DNA from: an uncultured cyanobacterium
GTDB taxonomy: Bacteria > Cyanobacteriota > Cyanobacteriia > PCC-9006 > JAAUQQ01
DNA: 64,000 bases
Assembly: GCA_963718615.1 (NCBI GenBank)
Contig: OY970368.1
Location: 1,984,001-2,048,000 of the forward strand
Reading direction: 5' to 3'
The position numbers were made by a program, and so were the translations under genes. Shown piece after piece: positions 30,228 through 43,368 of the stretch. Position 1 is the first letter of the stretch; the number at the start of each line of letters is the position of its first letter. A model generated the notes under the pieces. The model searched no databases. It was not told the DNA's origin and saw nothing but the letters and a program-made list of their open reading frames with translations.

Positions 30228-30487
30228 GCAGGCAAGCAGCGACGGAGGGAGAAAGAAGCAATCCTCGAAGTACGACTATCCTAGCCTCTGGAATTTGAGA
30301 CGGTCAGGAATTGTAAAGTTCCCTTATTTCTTTTCTGATCTCCTTAACCTCTTTAGAGATAATTCCCAATCCTTGACCGCAACTCAAAACCAAACGAGGA
30401 TTCCCCACGGGAGGTGGTCCAAGAAAATCATCCTTGACCGGTATTCCCGCTATCTGCTCAATTCGGCCAAGACTAAAAACTATCCTT

Positions 30488-31669
30488 CTATCCCTTCACA
30501 CAAATAACCTGCCGCAACGTCGCCACCACTTCCACCAAATCCGCCTGATTTGCCATCACTGTCTCGATCGACTTATAGGCCGCTGGAATTTCATCCAAAA
30601 CCCCCTTATCCTTGCGGCATTCAATCCCCTCCGTCTGGGCAATCAAATCATCTAACGAGTAAACCCGCTTCGCCTTGGCCCGCGACATCAACCGCCCCGC
30701 CCCATGGCTACAGGAGCAAAAGCTCATGGCATTGCCCTTGCCCTTGACAATGTAAGACTTTGCCCCCATCGACCCTGGAATAATGCCGTAGTCCTCTTCC
30801 CGTGCCCGCACAGCGCCTTTGCGAGTGATGTAAACTTCTTCCCCAAAGTGAATTTCCTTCTCCGCATAGTTGTGATGACAATTGACCGAGAGCAGCGGTT
30901 TTGTCGGTTTTCCCCCGGCTACATGCTTTTCTACAATGCGCTTAAAGCGCGCCATCATCACATCGCGGTTGTATAGCGCATAGGCTTGCGCCCATTGCAA
31001 ATCTCGCCAGTAATTGGCAAATTCTTCTGTTCCCTGGACAAAATAGGCCAGATCTAGATCCGGTAGCTTATCTTCCGAGAGTTTGGCTAAATGCTTTGCC
31101 GTGTCAATATGACACTGGGCTAGCTTATTGCCAATATTGCGCGAGCCCGAATGGAGCATTAGCCAAACCTGGTCTTCTGTATCCAGACAAACCTCAATAA
31201 AATGGTTGCCTCCCCCGAGGGACCCAAGCTGTCGCATCGCTTTCATTTGCAACGTTTGCACGCCGCGATGGAGCGCCTTAAAGCCTTGCCATCCCTGCCA
31301 ATTCTGCACGGGTTTTTCAATCTGCTTATTCTCGTCAAATCCCGTCGGAATCGCTGCTTCGATCTCCTTGCGAATTTGCTTCAGCTTGCCTTCGAGTTGC
31401 GGAGCTTTAAACGGCATTTTGAGGGCGGCCATCCCACAGCCAATATCGACGCCCACCGCCGCCGGGACAATGGCCTCCTTTGTGGCCAAGACAGATCCCA
31501 CCAAGGCCCCTTTGCCTAAATGCACATCCGGCATCAGTGACACATGCTTAAACACAAACGGAAGCGAAGCCACATTCTTGGCCATTTGGATCTCCTGGGA
31601 CCCTAGGTCATGATTGGCCCAGGAAAAGACCGGCTTGTCAGTTGAAAAGGGAACCGCTTGGTGGGGCAT
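30488..31669 (-). CDS. rtcB: RtcB family RNA ligase
   Basis: MPDVHLGKG, GVDIGCG, GGGNHFIE, HSGSRN, HHNY, SHGAGR, DEIPAAYK. Confidence 0.95.
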   Translation of the reverse strand: MPHQAVPFSTDKPVFSWANHDLGSQEIQMAKNVASLPFVFKHVSLMPDVHLGKGALVGSVLATKEAIVPAAVGVDIGCGMAALKMPFKAPQLEGKLKQIRKEIEAAIPTGFDENKQIEKPVQNWQGWQGFKALHRGVQTLQMKAMRQLGSLGGGNHFIEVCLDTEDQVWLMLHSGSRNIGNKLAQCHIDTAKHLAKLSEDKLPDLDLAYFVQGTEEFANYWRDLQWAQAYALYNRDVMMARFKRIVEKHVAGGKPTKPLLSVNCHHNYAEKEIHFGEEVYITRKGAVRAREEDYGIIPGSMGAKSYIVKGKGNAMSFCSCSHGAGRLMSRAKAKRVYSLDDLIAQTEGIECRKDKGVLDEIPAAYKSIETVMANQADLVEVVATLRQVICVKG

Positions 31670-31696
31670 TGCCGTCGCTCATGCTCACGTACATCT

Positions 31697-31716
31697 TGTA
31701 TTATGATGTACTACAT
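31697..31716. promoter_or_regulatory. Imperfect inverted repeat in the rtcB promoter (candidate repressor operator)
   Basis: TGTATTA-N5-TACTACA about 30-45 nt upstream of the rtcB ATG, downstream of a TTGCCA -35-like hexamer on the - strand. Confidence 0.6.
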
Positions 31717-31749
31717 GCGGGTGAATGGCAAGCCCCTGGGGCGGCTAAG

Positions 31750-32544
31750 CTAACGGACTGCTGTGCCTCGATAGATGCGATCGCCCTGTTCTGGAGAAAG
31801 CCAAGGTGAAGTCACCGACGTCTGGGGTTTAGCATTGCGCTCCGGTACATGCTCCGCCAAAGGCGCACTGGTTTTCACATACTGACCGGGCTGGATGCCT
31901 TGATCGTTATCTTCTGCGACAATTTGCGTAAAGGGAGGCACAAAGGCATGGGTTTCGTCATCGTAGGCCAGGATGTTACCCGTCTCGAATTCGTAAATCC
32001 AGCCGTAGATTTTGAGTTTGCCTTGGTGTAATCGCGAATGAACCACTGGATAGGTTTTGAGATTATCAATTTGCGTCAAGATATTCTCGGCAACCGCTGT
32101 TTCGATCAGGTCTTCGCCTTCCAAATGTCCGTAGCTATCTTGGATGACCCGCAGGGTGCCCGCCGCATGCTCCAGCCACTCGCAGACCAACGGCATGGAA
32201 TCGCGCAGTTCCTTTATCTTGAGTAGCCCCTTCATAGCCCCGCAGTGGGAGTGGCCACAGATGACAATTTGATCGACGCCCAGAGCATGAACCGCATATT
32301 CAATCGTCGCGCCCTCGCCGCCATTGGCCGCGCCGTAGGGGGGCACAATATTACCCGCGTTGCGAATGACAAACAGATCGCCTGGATTCGTCTGAGTAAT
32401 CAAATTCGGGTCAATCCGAGAATCCGAACAGGTAATGAACAAAACCCGAGGTTTTTGCCCGTGGGCCAATTTTTCAAAGAGCTGACGATATTCGTCAAAG
32501 TGATGCTCCTGAAACTCACGCAATCCTCGGATTAATTTTCTCAT
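31750..32544 (-). CDS. ccaA: Beta-class carbonic anhydrase (CcaA/IcfA type)
   Basis: CSDSRID, RNAGN, GHSHCGAM and the C-terminal WLSPEQGDRIYRG tail. Confidence 0.9.
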   Translation of the reverse strand: MRKLIRGLREFQEHHFDEYRQLFEKLAHGQKPRVLFITCSDSRIDPNLITQTNPGDLFVIRNAGNIVPPYGAANGGEGATIEYAVHALGVDQIVICGHSHCGAMKGLLKIKELRDSMPLVCEWLEHAAGTLRVIQDSYGHLEGEDLIETAVAENILTQIDNLKTYPVVHSRLHQGKLKIYGWIYEFETGNILAYDDETHAFVPPFTQIVAEDNDQGIQPGQYVKTSAPLAEHVPERNAKPQTSVTSPWLSPEQGDRIYRGTAVR

Positions 32545-33014
32545 CGCCCTAGATCCTCAATGGTTGCCGTAAGCGATGGTCAAAACTTTAATGGTTCTAG
32601 CAGTGATGCCAGCGCTTCCCTCAGAGGCTATTTTACGGGCTTTAGGCTCCTCAACTGCAATCGTGCTGATCAATTCAAGAGACAAACTACCCAAAAGGCT
32701 TAAAAGCAAAAGGCGACTGATTCCATGGCTTTCGCCACCTGAACCGTCGCCCGTCACAGGGAATATCACAGCTAACCGATATGAGTATATTCTGGCTTTT
32801 CCAATTTCGGAAGACATCCGCCAAATCGCTCATTTCAGGGTTTGATTGCTTTCTTGTCCTAGTACCTTCCGCTGAGCTGCTGTCACACAACATACTCTTA
32901 ATGCCCGTAGTACTTGTATCTCTGTCAACTTGGAGTCAACTGGTCCAAAAGCCTCAACGAGGGCAGCCCCCTCTATACTGGTGAATGGCGTTGAGAGAAA
33001 ATCCCTTCAGTTAC

Positions 33015-34463
33015 ATGGCATCCATCCGTGAACTGCATCAGCAGCTCATTAACAAAGAGCGTTCGGCGATCGAAATTGCGCAGGAATTCCTTCAGCGCAT
33101 CCAAGATCTGGAGCCGAAACTCCATAGCTTTCTACGAATTACCGAAGAGCAGGCCCTGAATCAAGCTCAACAGGTGGATGCCCAGATAGCCGCCGGAGAG
33201 AACATCGGACTTTTGGCTGGAATCCCCATTGGGATCAAAGACAATCTCTGTACCCAAGGCATTCCGACCACCTGTGGCTCACGCATTCTTGAAAACTTCG
33301 TGCCTCCCTTTGAGTCAACGGTTACCACGCGCTTGGCGGCGGCGGGGGCTGTGATGGTGGGCAAAACGAACCTAGACGAATTTGCTATGGGCAGTTCTAC
33401 GGAGAACTCGGCTTATCAGCTAACGGCCAACCCCTGGGATTTAGCGCGGGTACCGGGTGGCTCATCGGGGGGGTCCGCTGCCGCCGTTGCTGCCAACGAA
33501 TGTGTAGTTGCCTTGGGGTCGGATACGGGGGGGTCGATTCGCCAACCGGCATCCCTCTGCGGGGTGGTGGGGATGAAGCCAACCTATGGCTTGGTGTCTC
33601 GCTATGGCTTAGTCGCCTATGCCTCGTCGTTGGATCAGATTGGACCCTTTGGCCAGTCGGTTGAGGATGCGGCGATTTTGCTGGGGGCGATCGCCGGTTA
33701 CGATGCCCAGGACTCGACTAGCCTTAAGGTTGAAGTTCCGGACTATACCCAATCGCTGAAGCCCGACCTCAAGGGTATGAAGATCGGGGTTATTCAGGAG
33801 ACCTTTGGGGATGGCCTGGATCCAGAGGTAAAAGCGGTGGTGGAGGGGGCGATCGCCCAACTCAAAGACCTGGGTGCTGAAATCCAAGAAATTTCCTGTC
33901 CTCGGTTCCGCTACGGTCTACCGACCTACTACATCATTGCGCCCTCAGAGGCTTCGGCCAATTTGGCCCGTTATGATGGCGTTAAGTATGGGTTCCGCAA
34001 ACCCGATGCTGAAACCCTGATGGAGATGTACACCAAAACCCGAGCTGAAGGCTTTGGGCCTGAGGTTAAGCGTCGCATTATGATTGGCACCTATGCGCTT
34101 TCCGCCGGGTATTACGATGCCTATTATCTTAAGGCTCAGAAAGTGCGGACATTGATCAAGCAGGACTTTGAAACGGCGTTTGAATCCGTTGATGTTTTGG
34201 TTTGCCCAACGGCACCGACCACCGCGTTCAAGGCAGGCGAAAAAACCGCCGATCCGCTCAGTATGTATTTGTCTGACTTGATGACGATTCCGGTCAATCT
34301 GGCAGGCTTACCGGGGCTGAGCTTACCCTGTGGCTTCGATCGCCAAGGTCTACCCATTGGGTTACAAATCATCGGTAATGTTTTGCGAGAAGACCAGGTG
34401 CTACAGACAGCCTATGCCTATGAGCAAGCGACAACCTGGCATCAGAAACGGCCTCCGTTATAA
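33015..34463 (+). CDS. gatA: Asp/Glu-tRNA amidotransferase subunit A
   Basis: [36 protein letters not shown]. Confidence 0.97.
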   Translation: MASIRELHQQLINKERSAIEIAQEFLQRIQDLEPKLHSFLRITEEQALNQAQQVDAQIAAGENIGLLAGIPIGIKDNLCTQGIPTTCGSRILENFVPPFESTVTTRLAAAGAVMVGKTNLDEFAMGSSTENSAYQLTANPWDLARVPGGSSGGSAAAVAANECVVALGSDTGGSIRQPASLCGVVGMKPTYGLVSRYGLVAYASSLDQIGPFGQSVEDAAILLGAIAGYDAQDSTSLKVEVPDYTQSLKPDLKGMKIGVIQETFGDGLDPEVKAVVEGAIAQLKDLGAEIQEISCPRFRYGLPTYYIIAPSEASANLARYDGVKYGFRKPDAETLMEMYTKTRAEGFGPEVKRRIMIGTYALSAGYYDAYYLKAQKVRTLIKQDFETAFESVDVLVCPTAPTTAFKAGEKTADPLSMYLSDLMTIPVNLAGLPGLSLPCGFDRQGLPIGLQIIGNVLREDQVLQTAYAYEQATTWHQKRPPL

Positions 34464-34536
34464 GGTCTCGTCGTCAACCCCAAGGGGGCTGTTTCAAATC
34501 TTGTGAGGCTGGTTTAAGTCTTGTGTTAAACCATTG

Positions 34537-34571
34537 AAAAGCGGGGATGTGCTCAGGCATGTCCCCGCTTT
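34537..34571. terminator. Probable bidirectional terminator
   Basis: AAAAGCGGGGATGTGC-TCAG-GCATGTCCCCGCTTTT hairpin between convergent genes. Confidence 0.75.
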
Positions 34572-34652
34572 CTTAAGAATTGTTGTAGACCAAAGAAAAC
34601 CTGATCGACACAGAAGAGAAATTTCTAGATAAAAGTCTCTAGATAAAAATCT

Positions 34653-34877
34653 CTATTCCTCGTCTTCGTCCCACTGTTCAACCGTGAGCAGTTCGCTAAC
34701 CGGATCTTTCATTGAAAAATCAAATGACTCTAGCTCTTGCTTCAAATAGGACCATTGGTCGCTATAAAGAAACGCGATTTTCCAAAGCCCATCGGTTGGC
34801 TTTAAAACTCCCGACTCAACCAGGGATCTGACATGGCGTTGGAGCTTCACCATGGGGTGGAGAACTTTTTGACTCAT
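34653..34877 (-). CDS. DUF4327 family protein
   Basis: HPMVKLQRHVRSLVES...WKIAFLYSDQW...WDEDEE. Confidence 0.8.
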   Translation of the reverse strand: MSQKVLHPMVKLQRHVRSLVESGVLKPTDGLWKIAFLYSDQWSYLKQELESFDFSMKDPVSELLTVEQWDEDEE

Positions 34878-35235
34878 ATTCAAATTGACATGTTTGATTG
34901 TAAAAACTTTGGAGCAGTAACTTTGCATCGTCGTTCTTGCAAATTGCGGCGATCGCTACGCCTCAACGCTTCTGCATCTTTCAGCATCCAACCCTAACAT
35001 AGAAAAAATAATTCTGTAAATCCTGAAAAGTTACGGTTATTTACGAAACCCAGTTTTTGGATTGATCAGCATCACCGAAGTACAGCGAAAGCGGCTGAAA
35101 CAAGCGGTTAAAAAAAACGGCTGAATTCTTAGAATTCAGCCGCGATGCGGGTAAACCATCAAAAATAATCTGATCATAATCCGATTTGGGATTCAAGGTT
35201 CTCTTGCTGCAAATTGCTGAGCAACCCTGACGCCA

Positions 35236-37212
35236 TCAGGTTTTCTGCTCATCTTCAACCATGAGATCTGCAAAGGGATCGTTTTCTAGACTATCTAGAT
35301 CGAAGGGATTATCTTCGATGCTGCCAAAAGCCAAGAGATCATCGCCTTCGTCGAAGTGAGGTTCGCCTCCGAGGTCCTCCAAATCACCCAGGGACGTATC
35401 GCTAAACAGGGCCGAGAGGGGGTCGGAGCCGCCGGCTTCTCCAGAGGCTTGAGCGACCTCTGCGTCGACCTCATCGGCGGCAAACAGGCTTTCGAGCGAT
35501 CGCGATACCCGCTGGGGTTGGGCTTCTGAACCCAAGGCGTCACCGAAGGCATCACCCAAGGCATCGCCATCGGAGGATGCTTCATCCCAAAGATTGGAGT
35601 CAAAATCGTCGATGGCATCTAGGGCGATCGCATCAACCTCCAGATCGGGGGCTAGATCATCGGCGGCATCGGCCTCTAGCTGAAGTTCCTCCAGGCTAAA
35701 TTCCCCACCCGCCTCCTGGCTATTGTCCAGGACGAATCCTGTCTCTTCAGCCATCCCGAAGTCGTTGGACAGATCGGCATCTAGATCTAGGTCGCCCAGG
35801 GGATCGGAGAGGGCATCTGTGCCCCATTCCAAGGACTCAGACGGCTCATCAAACAGTCCCTCTGATGCAGCAGTCATGGGATCCGCGTCTTCTTCGGTGG
35901 CCAAGAATCCGGTGTTTTCTTCTGCGGAAGCGGTAAAAAATTCCGTTGACGGTTCCGTTGATCCTTCCGGAGAGAGATCAAAGGCGTCTAGATCTCCCCC
36001 AAAGTCTGTGTCTAGGCTTTCCCCAAAGTTATCGGAAAAGTCATCGGGCAGGCTCTGCTCGTCCCCGGACTCCCCAAATAAATCCAGAGCCGCCTCAGGC
36101 GTTTCGACTCCGGTATCTGTTCCAGCACCTGTGCCAGAGTCAAGGTTTTCGGATAGGTCCAAGCTGTCGGATAGGTCCAAGCTGTCGGATAGGTCTAGGC
36201 TATCCCCAAAGTCCAGTGTCTCTGGAGCATCTAGCTCCCCACCTGTGTCAAATGCGTTCTCCATTCCCTCCAATCCTTCTAGGGGATCTAGGGTGTCCCC
36301 GGAGAGATCGAACGCATCGTCTGCTGGCATATCTGTGGACATCTCTCCGGGAATTTCTCCAGGGATTTCTCCGGGCACGTCTTCGGACATCTCTCCAAAG
36401 AGAAGGTCATCTTTGAGCACGTCGTCAGAGAGGTCTCCCTCATCAGCTTCAGAGGTGGCATCCCATGGTAAATCTGCTGGTAGATCTGCTGCTTCCGCTA
36501 CTAGTGCAGCCGCTCCCATACCGGCGATCGCCACTCCAGCAACTCCCAAGGCTGGGGGCGGCGGTGGCGGTGAAGGCAGCTCTGCCTCCTCCTCGCCCGT
36601 CACCTCAGACAACCACTCTGCACCGGACCCCTGGGTGATATCGTCATGACCCACTTCAATGGTTTCCGCCTCAAAGCCCAAATTCTCAGGAGCCGTGCCA
36701 TCCTCAATCGCCACGAGGGAATCATCGCTGAATGCCTCATCAAAGGAATCGAAGGACAAGTCGCTGGATGGATCGCTAGATAGATCGCTGGAATCAGTAG
36801 CCGTTTGTCTTTTTGCTTTTTCTTCGGATAGCTCTCCAGATTTTGCCTCAGCAGCGATATCTTCTGGAGACATCTCGATCAGATCCAAGAGGGCCTGCAA
36901 GCTGTCAATGTTGTCGCGAATACTGCTGCATCCCGCCACAACCTGCTGCATGTGTCCTTCGGCCAGCGCTGTATACACCCCATCACTGAGGAAACCACTT
37001 CCCACGGATGTTTCAATCCGACCTTCCAATAAATTAATGTGGGTGCAAATTTTTTGGCTGTCGGGCAGTGCCTCCATCGGACTGCTCCCTTCCCCATCGT
37101 TCACAATGCGGGTGACGATCTGAAGCTGCATGACATCATCTAGGACCGATTGAATGGCTCCAGCGATGTCGCCGCTTCTAGCCTGTTCTAGAAATTTCTG
37201 ACTCGTCACCAT
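35236..37212 (-). CDS. Hypothetical protein: helical N-terminal domain + ~500-aa acidic low-complexity tail
   Basis: Long ORF; D/E/S/G/L/F-rich tail with DSLDLS and PGEI micro-repeats. Confidence 0.8.
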   Translation of the reverse strand: MVTSQKFLEQARSGDIAGAIQSVLDDVMQLQIVTRIVNDGEGSSPMEALPDSQKICTHINLLEGRIETSVGSGFLSDGVYTALAEGHMQQVVAGCSSIRDNIDSLQALLDLIEMSPEDIAAEAKSGELSEEKAKRQTATDSSDLSSDPSSDLSFDSFDEAFSDDSLVAIEDGTAPENLGFEAETIEVGHDDITQGSGAEWLSEVTGEEEAELPSPPPPPPALGVAGVAIAGMGAAALVAEAADLPADLPWDATSEADEGDLSDDVLKDDLLFGEMSEDVPGEIPGEIPGEMSTDMPADDAFDLSGDTLDPLEGLEGMENAFDTGGELDAPETLDFGDSLDLSDSLDLSDSLDLSENLDSGTGAGTDTGVETPEAALDLFGESGDEQSLPDDFSDNFGESLDTDFGGDLDAFDLSPEGSTEPSTEFFTASAEENTGFLATEEDADPMTAASEGLFDEPSESLEWGTDALSDPLGDLDLDADLSNDFGMAEETGFVLDNSQEAGGEFSLEELQLEADAADDLAPDLEVDAIALDAIDDFDSNLWDEASSDGDALGDAFGDALGSEAQPQRVSRSLESLFAADEVDAEVAQASGEAGGSDPLSALFSDTSLGDLEDLGGEPHFDEGDDLLAFGSIEDNPFDLDSLENDPFADLMVEDEQKT

Positions 37213-37542
37213 GGGTCACTTTCTCCAAAAGGAACGGGGGAATGAGAGGAAATAAAGGATTTTGAAAACCGGGCCTGTATCCTGATCTGTATCCTGGGGG
37301 ATAGCTAGTGTCGCGATCGCCCCTATCTTGACTTAAAACTTCGCGTTATTTCATCAGTCTTTTCATCGATGAATTCATAAATTAGCGGCAGCGGATCAGA
37401 AGGCTTGCGATATTTTGCCGCTAAGTTTAACCGGATTCTACACAAATGCCAAAAGCAAATCCCTAAAAATGCCAAAAGAGGGACGCTTCAGCAACGCCCC
37501 TCTTTTAACGTGGCAGAGATCCTAAAAAATCCCAATGATGGC

Positions 37543-38550
37543 TTAACCCAGCGCTACCGTCGCAACCTTCATTTCCTTGGAGGTGAGGCGCTCATAGGCA
37601 GCCCGCATTTTCAGCCCTGTCAACACTTGGAATAGACCCGTGCCGTTGGCAGAACCCGGATAGTCCTTGTGCTGGAGCAGCAGGTGGGACATTTCACCGT
37701 AGTATTTCGTATCCGTTTTGCTGAGGTGACCCTCGATGTAGATCATCTCTTCTAGATTATCGAACTGACCGTCGACCTCTAGAATCGAGACCTCGTTACC
37801 GTAGTAACTGTCCGGACCGTAGTGCAGACGAATGCCGGGGTAGGAACAGGTGAGTTTCCGACCACAGGGAATCCAGTCAATAGTTGACCCTTCGTCAAAC
37901 AGATAGACCGGCTCAAAGCCCTCAACCCCTTCCCGCTGAATCATCTGAACGCGGAGAATCTTGCCTTCCTTCTCATCTTCGATCAGATTTGTGGGCAGAA
38001 CCCGCAGAACAACGTCGGCATGGGCTTTCTGGGGATCAATATAGGCATCAAAGTCCGGCTTACGGGCATTGATCGAAGCCAAGATATCCTCGTAGGTGTG
38101 GCCACGCTCTGCCATGTCCCGCTGGATTTTCCAGGCGATTTTCACCTCGTCGCTAATGTCGAGATAAACGCTGAAGTCCAGCAGCGAACGGACCCGCTCA
38201 TCAAACAGAGGATGCAAGCCCTCGATCACCACAATATGATTCGGCTCAACTTTTTCAGGGGGATCGAGTTCGCCGGTCTCGTGGTTATAAATCGGTTTAT
38301 CAATGGGTTCACCATTTTTCAAGGCTTTGATCTGCTCGTACATCAGATCAAAATTATTTGCTGCCGGGTTGAGGGCCGTTACCCCTTTTTCCTTGCGACC
38401 CTTGCGGTCCAGACTGTGGTAGTCATCCAGGCAGATCACCGTCATCAGCTCCCGGCCAAATAAATCGGCCAGACGGCGGAGGAATGTGGACTTTCCACAC
38501 CCAGAATCTCCAGCGACTCCAATTAAAACCACGCGTTCTGGCTTACTCAT
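37543..38550 (-). CDS. prk: Phosphoribulokinase
   Basis: IGVAGDSGCGKSTF, DDYHSLDR, KIQRDMAERGH. Confidence 0.97.
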   Translation of the reverse strand: MSKPERVVLIGVAGDSGCGKSTFLRRLADLFGRELMTVICLDDYHSLDRKGRKEKGVTALNPAANNFDLMYEQIKALKNGEPIDKPIYNHETGELDPPEKVEPNHIVVIEGLHPLFDERVRSLLDFSVYLDISDEVKIAWKIQRDMAERGHTYEDILASINARKPDFDAYIDPQKAHADVVLRVLPTNLIEDEKEGKILRVQMIQREGVEGFEPVYLFDEGSTIDWIPCGRKLTCSYPGIRLHYGPDSYYGNEVSILEVDGQFDNLEEMIYIEGHLSKTDTKYYGEMSHLLLQHKDYPGSANGTGLFQVLTGLKMRAAYERLTSKEMKVATVALG

Positions 38551-39047
38551 TATGTCCCCTCTGTAAAGCAGTGCTGTGTGAAGTAGGTTAACAGACCTAT
38601 TGAAACGGCCCGGAGAGCTTTTCTCTGGATCGTCATCCCCTAGGAGTAGGCATTATTGCTGTCTAGTGCAATCGATATTACCAAAATTAGAATTTCGCGA
38701 ACAAGCGTTAAGCAAATCCGGTACAGATTATTCCTGAGACTGACGCGATCGCCACAGATTCCCCCGAGGACATTCCGTAAGGTATGGGACAACGCCAGCA
38801 CTTGGCAGGGAGCCCCAAACATAAATCAGTTAGCTCTCTGCCTGCCCCTCTGCCAACGTCGCTAGAACATGGGTCCCCCGACAAGCGGTGAATTTGACCC
38901 AAGGACAGCGCTAAGAGGGGGCGCTGCTTAATGATACGCTAGTCATTAATACCGACTGCATCTTCGCAAAGATTCAGTCGGAGTTATTGTGAAGGGGGAT
39001 GTTTCCGCCAGCACAGTGGTATTTGTGTAGGTTCGGAGAATTCATAA

Positions 39048-40277
<1,230 letters not shown>

Positions 40278-40310
40278 GCCCATAGCTCGTTAGTCTGTTT
40301 CTAAAACTTG

Positions 40311-40345
40311 AAAACCCTACCTGCGGATTAGGAGGTAGGGTTTTT
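40311..40345 (+). terminator. Probable terminator after petH
   Basis: AAAACCCTACCT...AGGTAGGGTTTTT. Confidence 0.7.
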
Positions 40346-40547
40346 GTTTGCCTGGATTGCTTCACCTAGACTGGCTAACCTGGAATGAATTGGGAGCTTG
40401 ACAGACCATTGCAATTCCTTAAGCGCCACTGACCACACCAAATTTACCTGCCTATCCTGGGGATGAGGATGCTGGATATCCCTATCAGCTATTGAACCCT
40501 TAGCCGCATCCCGAGCCAGTACTGAAACCACAAGCAGGAAGTCACCC

Positions 40548-41645
40548 ATGCCTGGAGAAACCTATCAACCCCCTGAGCAAGCACTGGCGATCGATCGCGA
40601 TTGCATGACGCTCTCCCGTCATGTGTTGACGCAACTTCAAAGCTTTTCCGCCGACGCCCAAGATCTCAGCGCCTTAATGTCCCGCATTGGGTTAGCCGCC
40701 AAACTGATTGCCCGTCGGCTGAGTCGCGCGGGCTTGATGGAAAATACCCTTGGGTTTACAGGGGAAACCAACGTCCAGGGGGAAGCCGTTAAAAAAATGG
40801 ATCTCTATGCCAACGAGGTCTTCATCTCGGCCTTTAAGCAAAGTGGCTTAGTTTGCCGGTTGGCCTCTGAGGAAATGGAGAAACCCTATTACATTCCTGA
40901 AAACTGTCCTATTGGTCGCTACACGCTGCTTTACGATCCTATTGATGGTTCATCCAACGTTGATATCAACCTCAACGTCGGCTCAATCTTCGCGATTCGT
41001 CAGCAGGAGGGCGACGACCTGGCGGGGGAAGGCCGTGATTTGCTCCAATCTGGCCATAAGCAGATTGCGGCAGGCTATGTCCTCTACGGTCCCAGTACGG
41101 TTTTGGTCTATTCCATTGGGACTGGCGTTCATCTTTTTACCTTGGATCCCAGCTTAGGAGAATTTATCCTTTCGCAAGAAAATATCCGCATACCGGAGCA
41201 TGGGCCGGTGTATAGCGTTAACGAAGGCAACTTCTGGCAATGGGAAGAGTCTTTCCGAGACTATGTGCGCTATGTCCATCGCCATGAAGGGTATACCGGT
41301 CGTTATAGCGGTGCGCTGGTCGGAGACTTCCATCGGATTTTGCTCCAGGGAGGTGTGTTTATTTATCCAGGAACTGTGAAAAATCCAGCCGGTAAACTGC
41401 GGCTGTTGTACGAATCGGCTCCGCTGGCTTTTTTGATGGAGCAGGCCGGTGGGCGAGCTAGTACAGGTACGCAGGAAATTCTGAGCGTTGTCCCGGATGC
41501 CGTTCATACTCGAACCCCTCTCATTGTCGGGAGCAAGGAAGATGTGGCGCTGGTAGAGTCCTTTATCCAGGAATACCAACGCATGCAGCGATTGGCTGCA
41601 CCCAGCTCCGACGGATTGCCCACCGCTGCGATCCCCGGCCTTTGA
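40548..41645 (+). CDS. fbp: Class 1 fructose-1,6-bisphosphatase
   Basis: [22 protein letters not shown]. Confidence 0.96.
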   Translation: MPGETYQPPEQALAIDRDCMTLSRHVLTQLQSFSADAQDLSALMSRIGLAAKLIARRLSRAGLMENTLGFTGETNVQGEAVKKMDLYANEVFISAFKQSGLVCRLASEEMEKPYYIPENCPIGRYTLLYDPIDGSSNVDINLNVGSIFAIRQQEGDDLAGEGRDLLQSGHKQIAAGYVLYGPSTVLVYSIGTGVHLFTLDPSLGEFILSQENIRIPEHGPVYSVNEGNFWQWEESFRDYVRYVHRHEGYTGRYSGALVGDFHRILLQGGVFIYPGTVKNPAGKLRLLYESAPLAFLMEQAGGRASTGTQEILSVVPDAVHTRTPLIVGSKEDVALVESFIQEYQRMQRLAAPSSDGLPTAAIPGL

Positions 41646-41787
41646 TGGCCCAACGGTTCAAAAACTTAAGATTTTCTTCCCGTCTATTCCCTGTTCCCCG
41701 TACCCGATATCACTTTCAGGGTCTGAATCGGCTCGGCATAATGAAGACAAATCGCTTGCTCTATTTCTGCCCCATTTCTAAGATTCT

Positions 41788-43317
41788 ATGGTTTCTCTTC
41801 TCGAAAATCCCCTGCGCGTTGGTCTGCGGCAAGAACGCATGCCGGAGCCCCAAATCCTCATTATTTTTGGTGCCTCGGGGGACTTAACCCAGCGTAAGCT
41901 AGTGCCCGCACTCTACGCGCTCTACGTCGAGCGTCGATTACCCCCTCAAATTACGATCGTGGGAGTGGCTCGGCGGGACTGGAGCCATGACTTTTTTCGC
42001 GAACACCTGCGAGAAGGGGTGGAAGAGTTTGGCGGGGGACTAGGCTCTGAGGAAGTTTGGGACGAGTTTGCCAGGGGGTTGTTTTACTGCGCGGGTGATA
42101 TTGACAGCCAAGAGAGCTACCAAAAGCTCAAGGCCTTTCTGGGGGAACTGGATGAACAGCGCGGGACCCGAGGCAATCGCACGTTTTACTTGTCGGTGGG
42201 GCCTCGGTTTTTCGGTGAAGCAGCCACCCAGCTGGGCAATGCAGGCATGTTGGGTGACTCGCGTAAGACCCGTCTGGTGATTGAGAAACCCTTTGGCCGT
42301 AACTTGAGCACAGCTCAGGCGCTGAACCGCACCGTTCGCAGTGTCTGCGCCGAGGAGCAAATCTATCGGATCGACCACTATCTTGGGAAAGAGACGGTTC
42401 AGAATCTGATGGTATTTCGGTTTGCCAATGCCATTTTTGAGCCGCTTTGGAATCGTCAGTTTGTCGATCACGTACAGATTACCGTGGCCGAAACTGTGGG
42501 CTTAGAGGGACGGGCGGGCTATTACGAAACCTCTGGGGCGCTGCGGGATATGGTGCAAAATCACCTAATGCAGCTCTTTGCCCTAACGGCGATGGAGCCC
42601 CCTAATTCCCTGGATGCCGATGCCATTCGCAATGAAAAGGTTAAGGTCATTCAGGCGACCCGGTTGGCGGACTTGGAACATCTCGATTGTGCGGCGGTAC
42701 GGGGGCAATATACCGCAGGCTGGATGAAGGGTAAGGCGGTTCCTGGCTATCGCGACGAAGAAGGGGCCAGTGCGGGGTCCACGACGCCGACCTATGCGGC
42801 CCTGAAGCTGGCGATCGACAATTGGCGCTGGAAAGGGGTTCCGTTTTATCTGCGGACGGGTAAACGCATGCCTAAAAAGGTGACAGAAATTGCGATTCAG
42901 TTCAAAGAAGTTCCCTTTTTGATGTTCCAATCGGCGGCCAAACAAGCCAACCCCAATGTCCTGGCGTTGCGGATTCAGCCTAACGAAGGGATTTCCATGC
43001 GGTTTGATGTGAAAATGCCGGGTTCTTCCCTGCGGACGCGATCGGTCGATATGGACTTTAGCTATGACTCCGCCTTTGGCAAAGGAACGCAGGATGCCTA
43101 CAGCCGCCTACTGGTGGACTGCATGTTAGGGGATCAAACCCTCTTTACCCGAGGCGATGAGGTTGAAGCGTCTTGGCGAGTTGTTACGCCGATTTTGGAT
43201 GCTTGGGACAATGCAGCTGATCCAGAGGCAATTCCCCTATATGAGGCCGGAACTTGGGAGCCTGCCGAGGCGGAGTTTCTGCTCAATCGCGATGGCCGCA
43301 AATGGCGGCGATTGTGA
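41788..43317 (+). CDS. zwf: Glucose-6-phosphate dehydrogenase
   Basis: [21 protein letters not shown]. Confidence 0.97.
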   Translation: MVSLLENPLRVGLRQERMPEPQILIIFGASGDLTQRKLVPALYALYVERRLPPQITIVGVARRDWSHDFFREHLREGVEEFGGGLGSEEVWDEFARGLFYCAGDIDSQESYQKLKAFLGELDEQRGTRGNRTFYLSVGPRFFGEAATQLGNAGMLGDSRKTRLVIEKPFGRNLSTAQALNRTVRSVCAEEQIYRIDHYLGKETVQNLMVFRFANAIFEPLWNRQFVDHVQITVAETVGLEGRAGYYETSGALRDMVQNHLMQLFALTAMEPPNSLDADAIRNEKVKVIQATRLADLEHLDCAAVRGQYTAGWMKGKAVPGYRDEEGASAGSTTPTYAALKLAIDNWRWKGVPFYLRTGKRMPKKVTEIAIQFKEVPFLMFQSAAKQANPNVLALRIQPNEGISMRFDVKMPGSSLRTRSVDMDFSYDSAFGKGTQDAYSRLLVDCMLGDQTLFTRGDEVEASWRVVTPILDAWDNAADPEAIPLYEAGTWEPAEAEFLLNRDGRKWRRL

Positions 43318-43368
43318 ATCCTATGTGAATTCTAAAAATCCTCATTTCTCAATATTTCTCAATTTTTA

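Noticed and set aside
32557-32984. Small ORFs between ccaA and gatA
   Set aside because: Overlapping frames with no recognisable features; treated as a divergent promoter and leader region.
35118-35142. Perfect palindrome CGGCTGAATTCT-T-AGAATTCAGCCG as an operator
   Set aside because: The adjacent A-run makes it a more likely intrinsic terminator for the upstream - strand gene.
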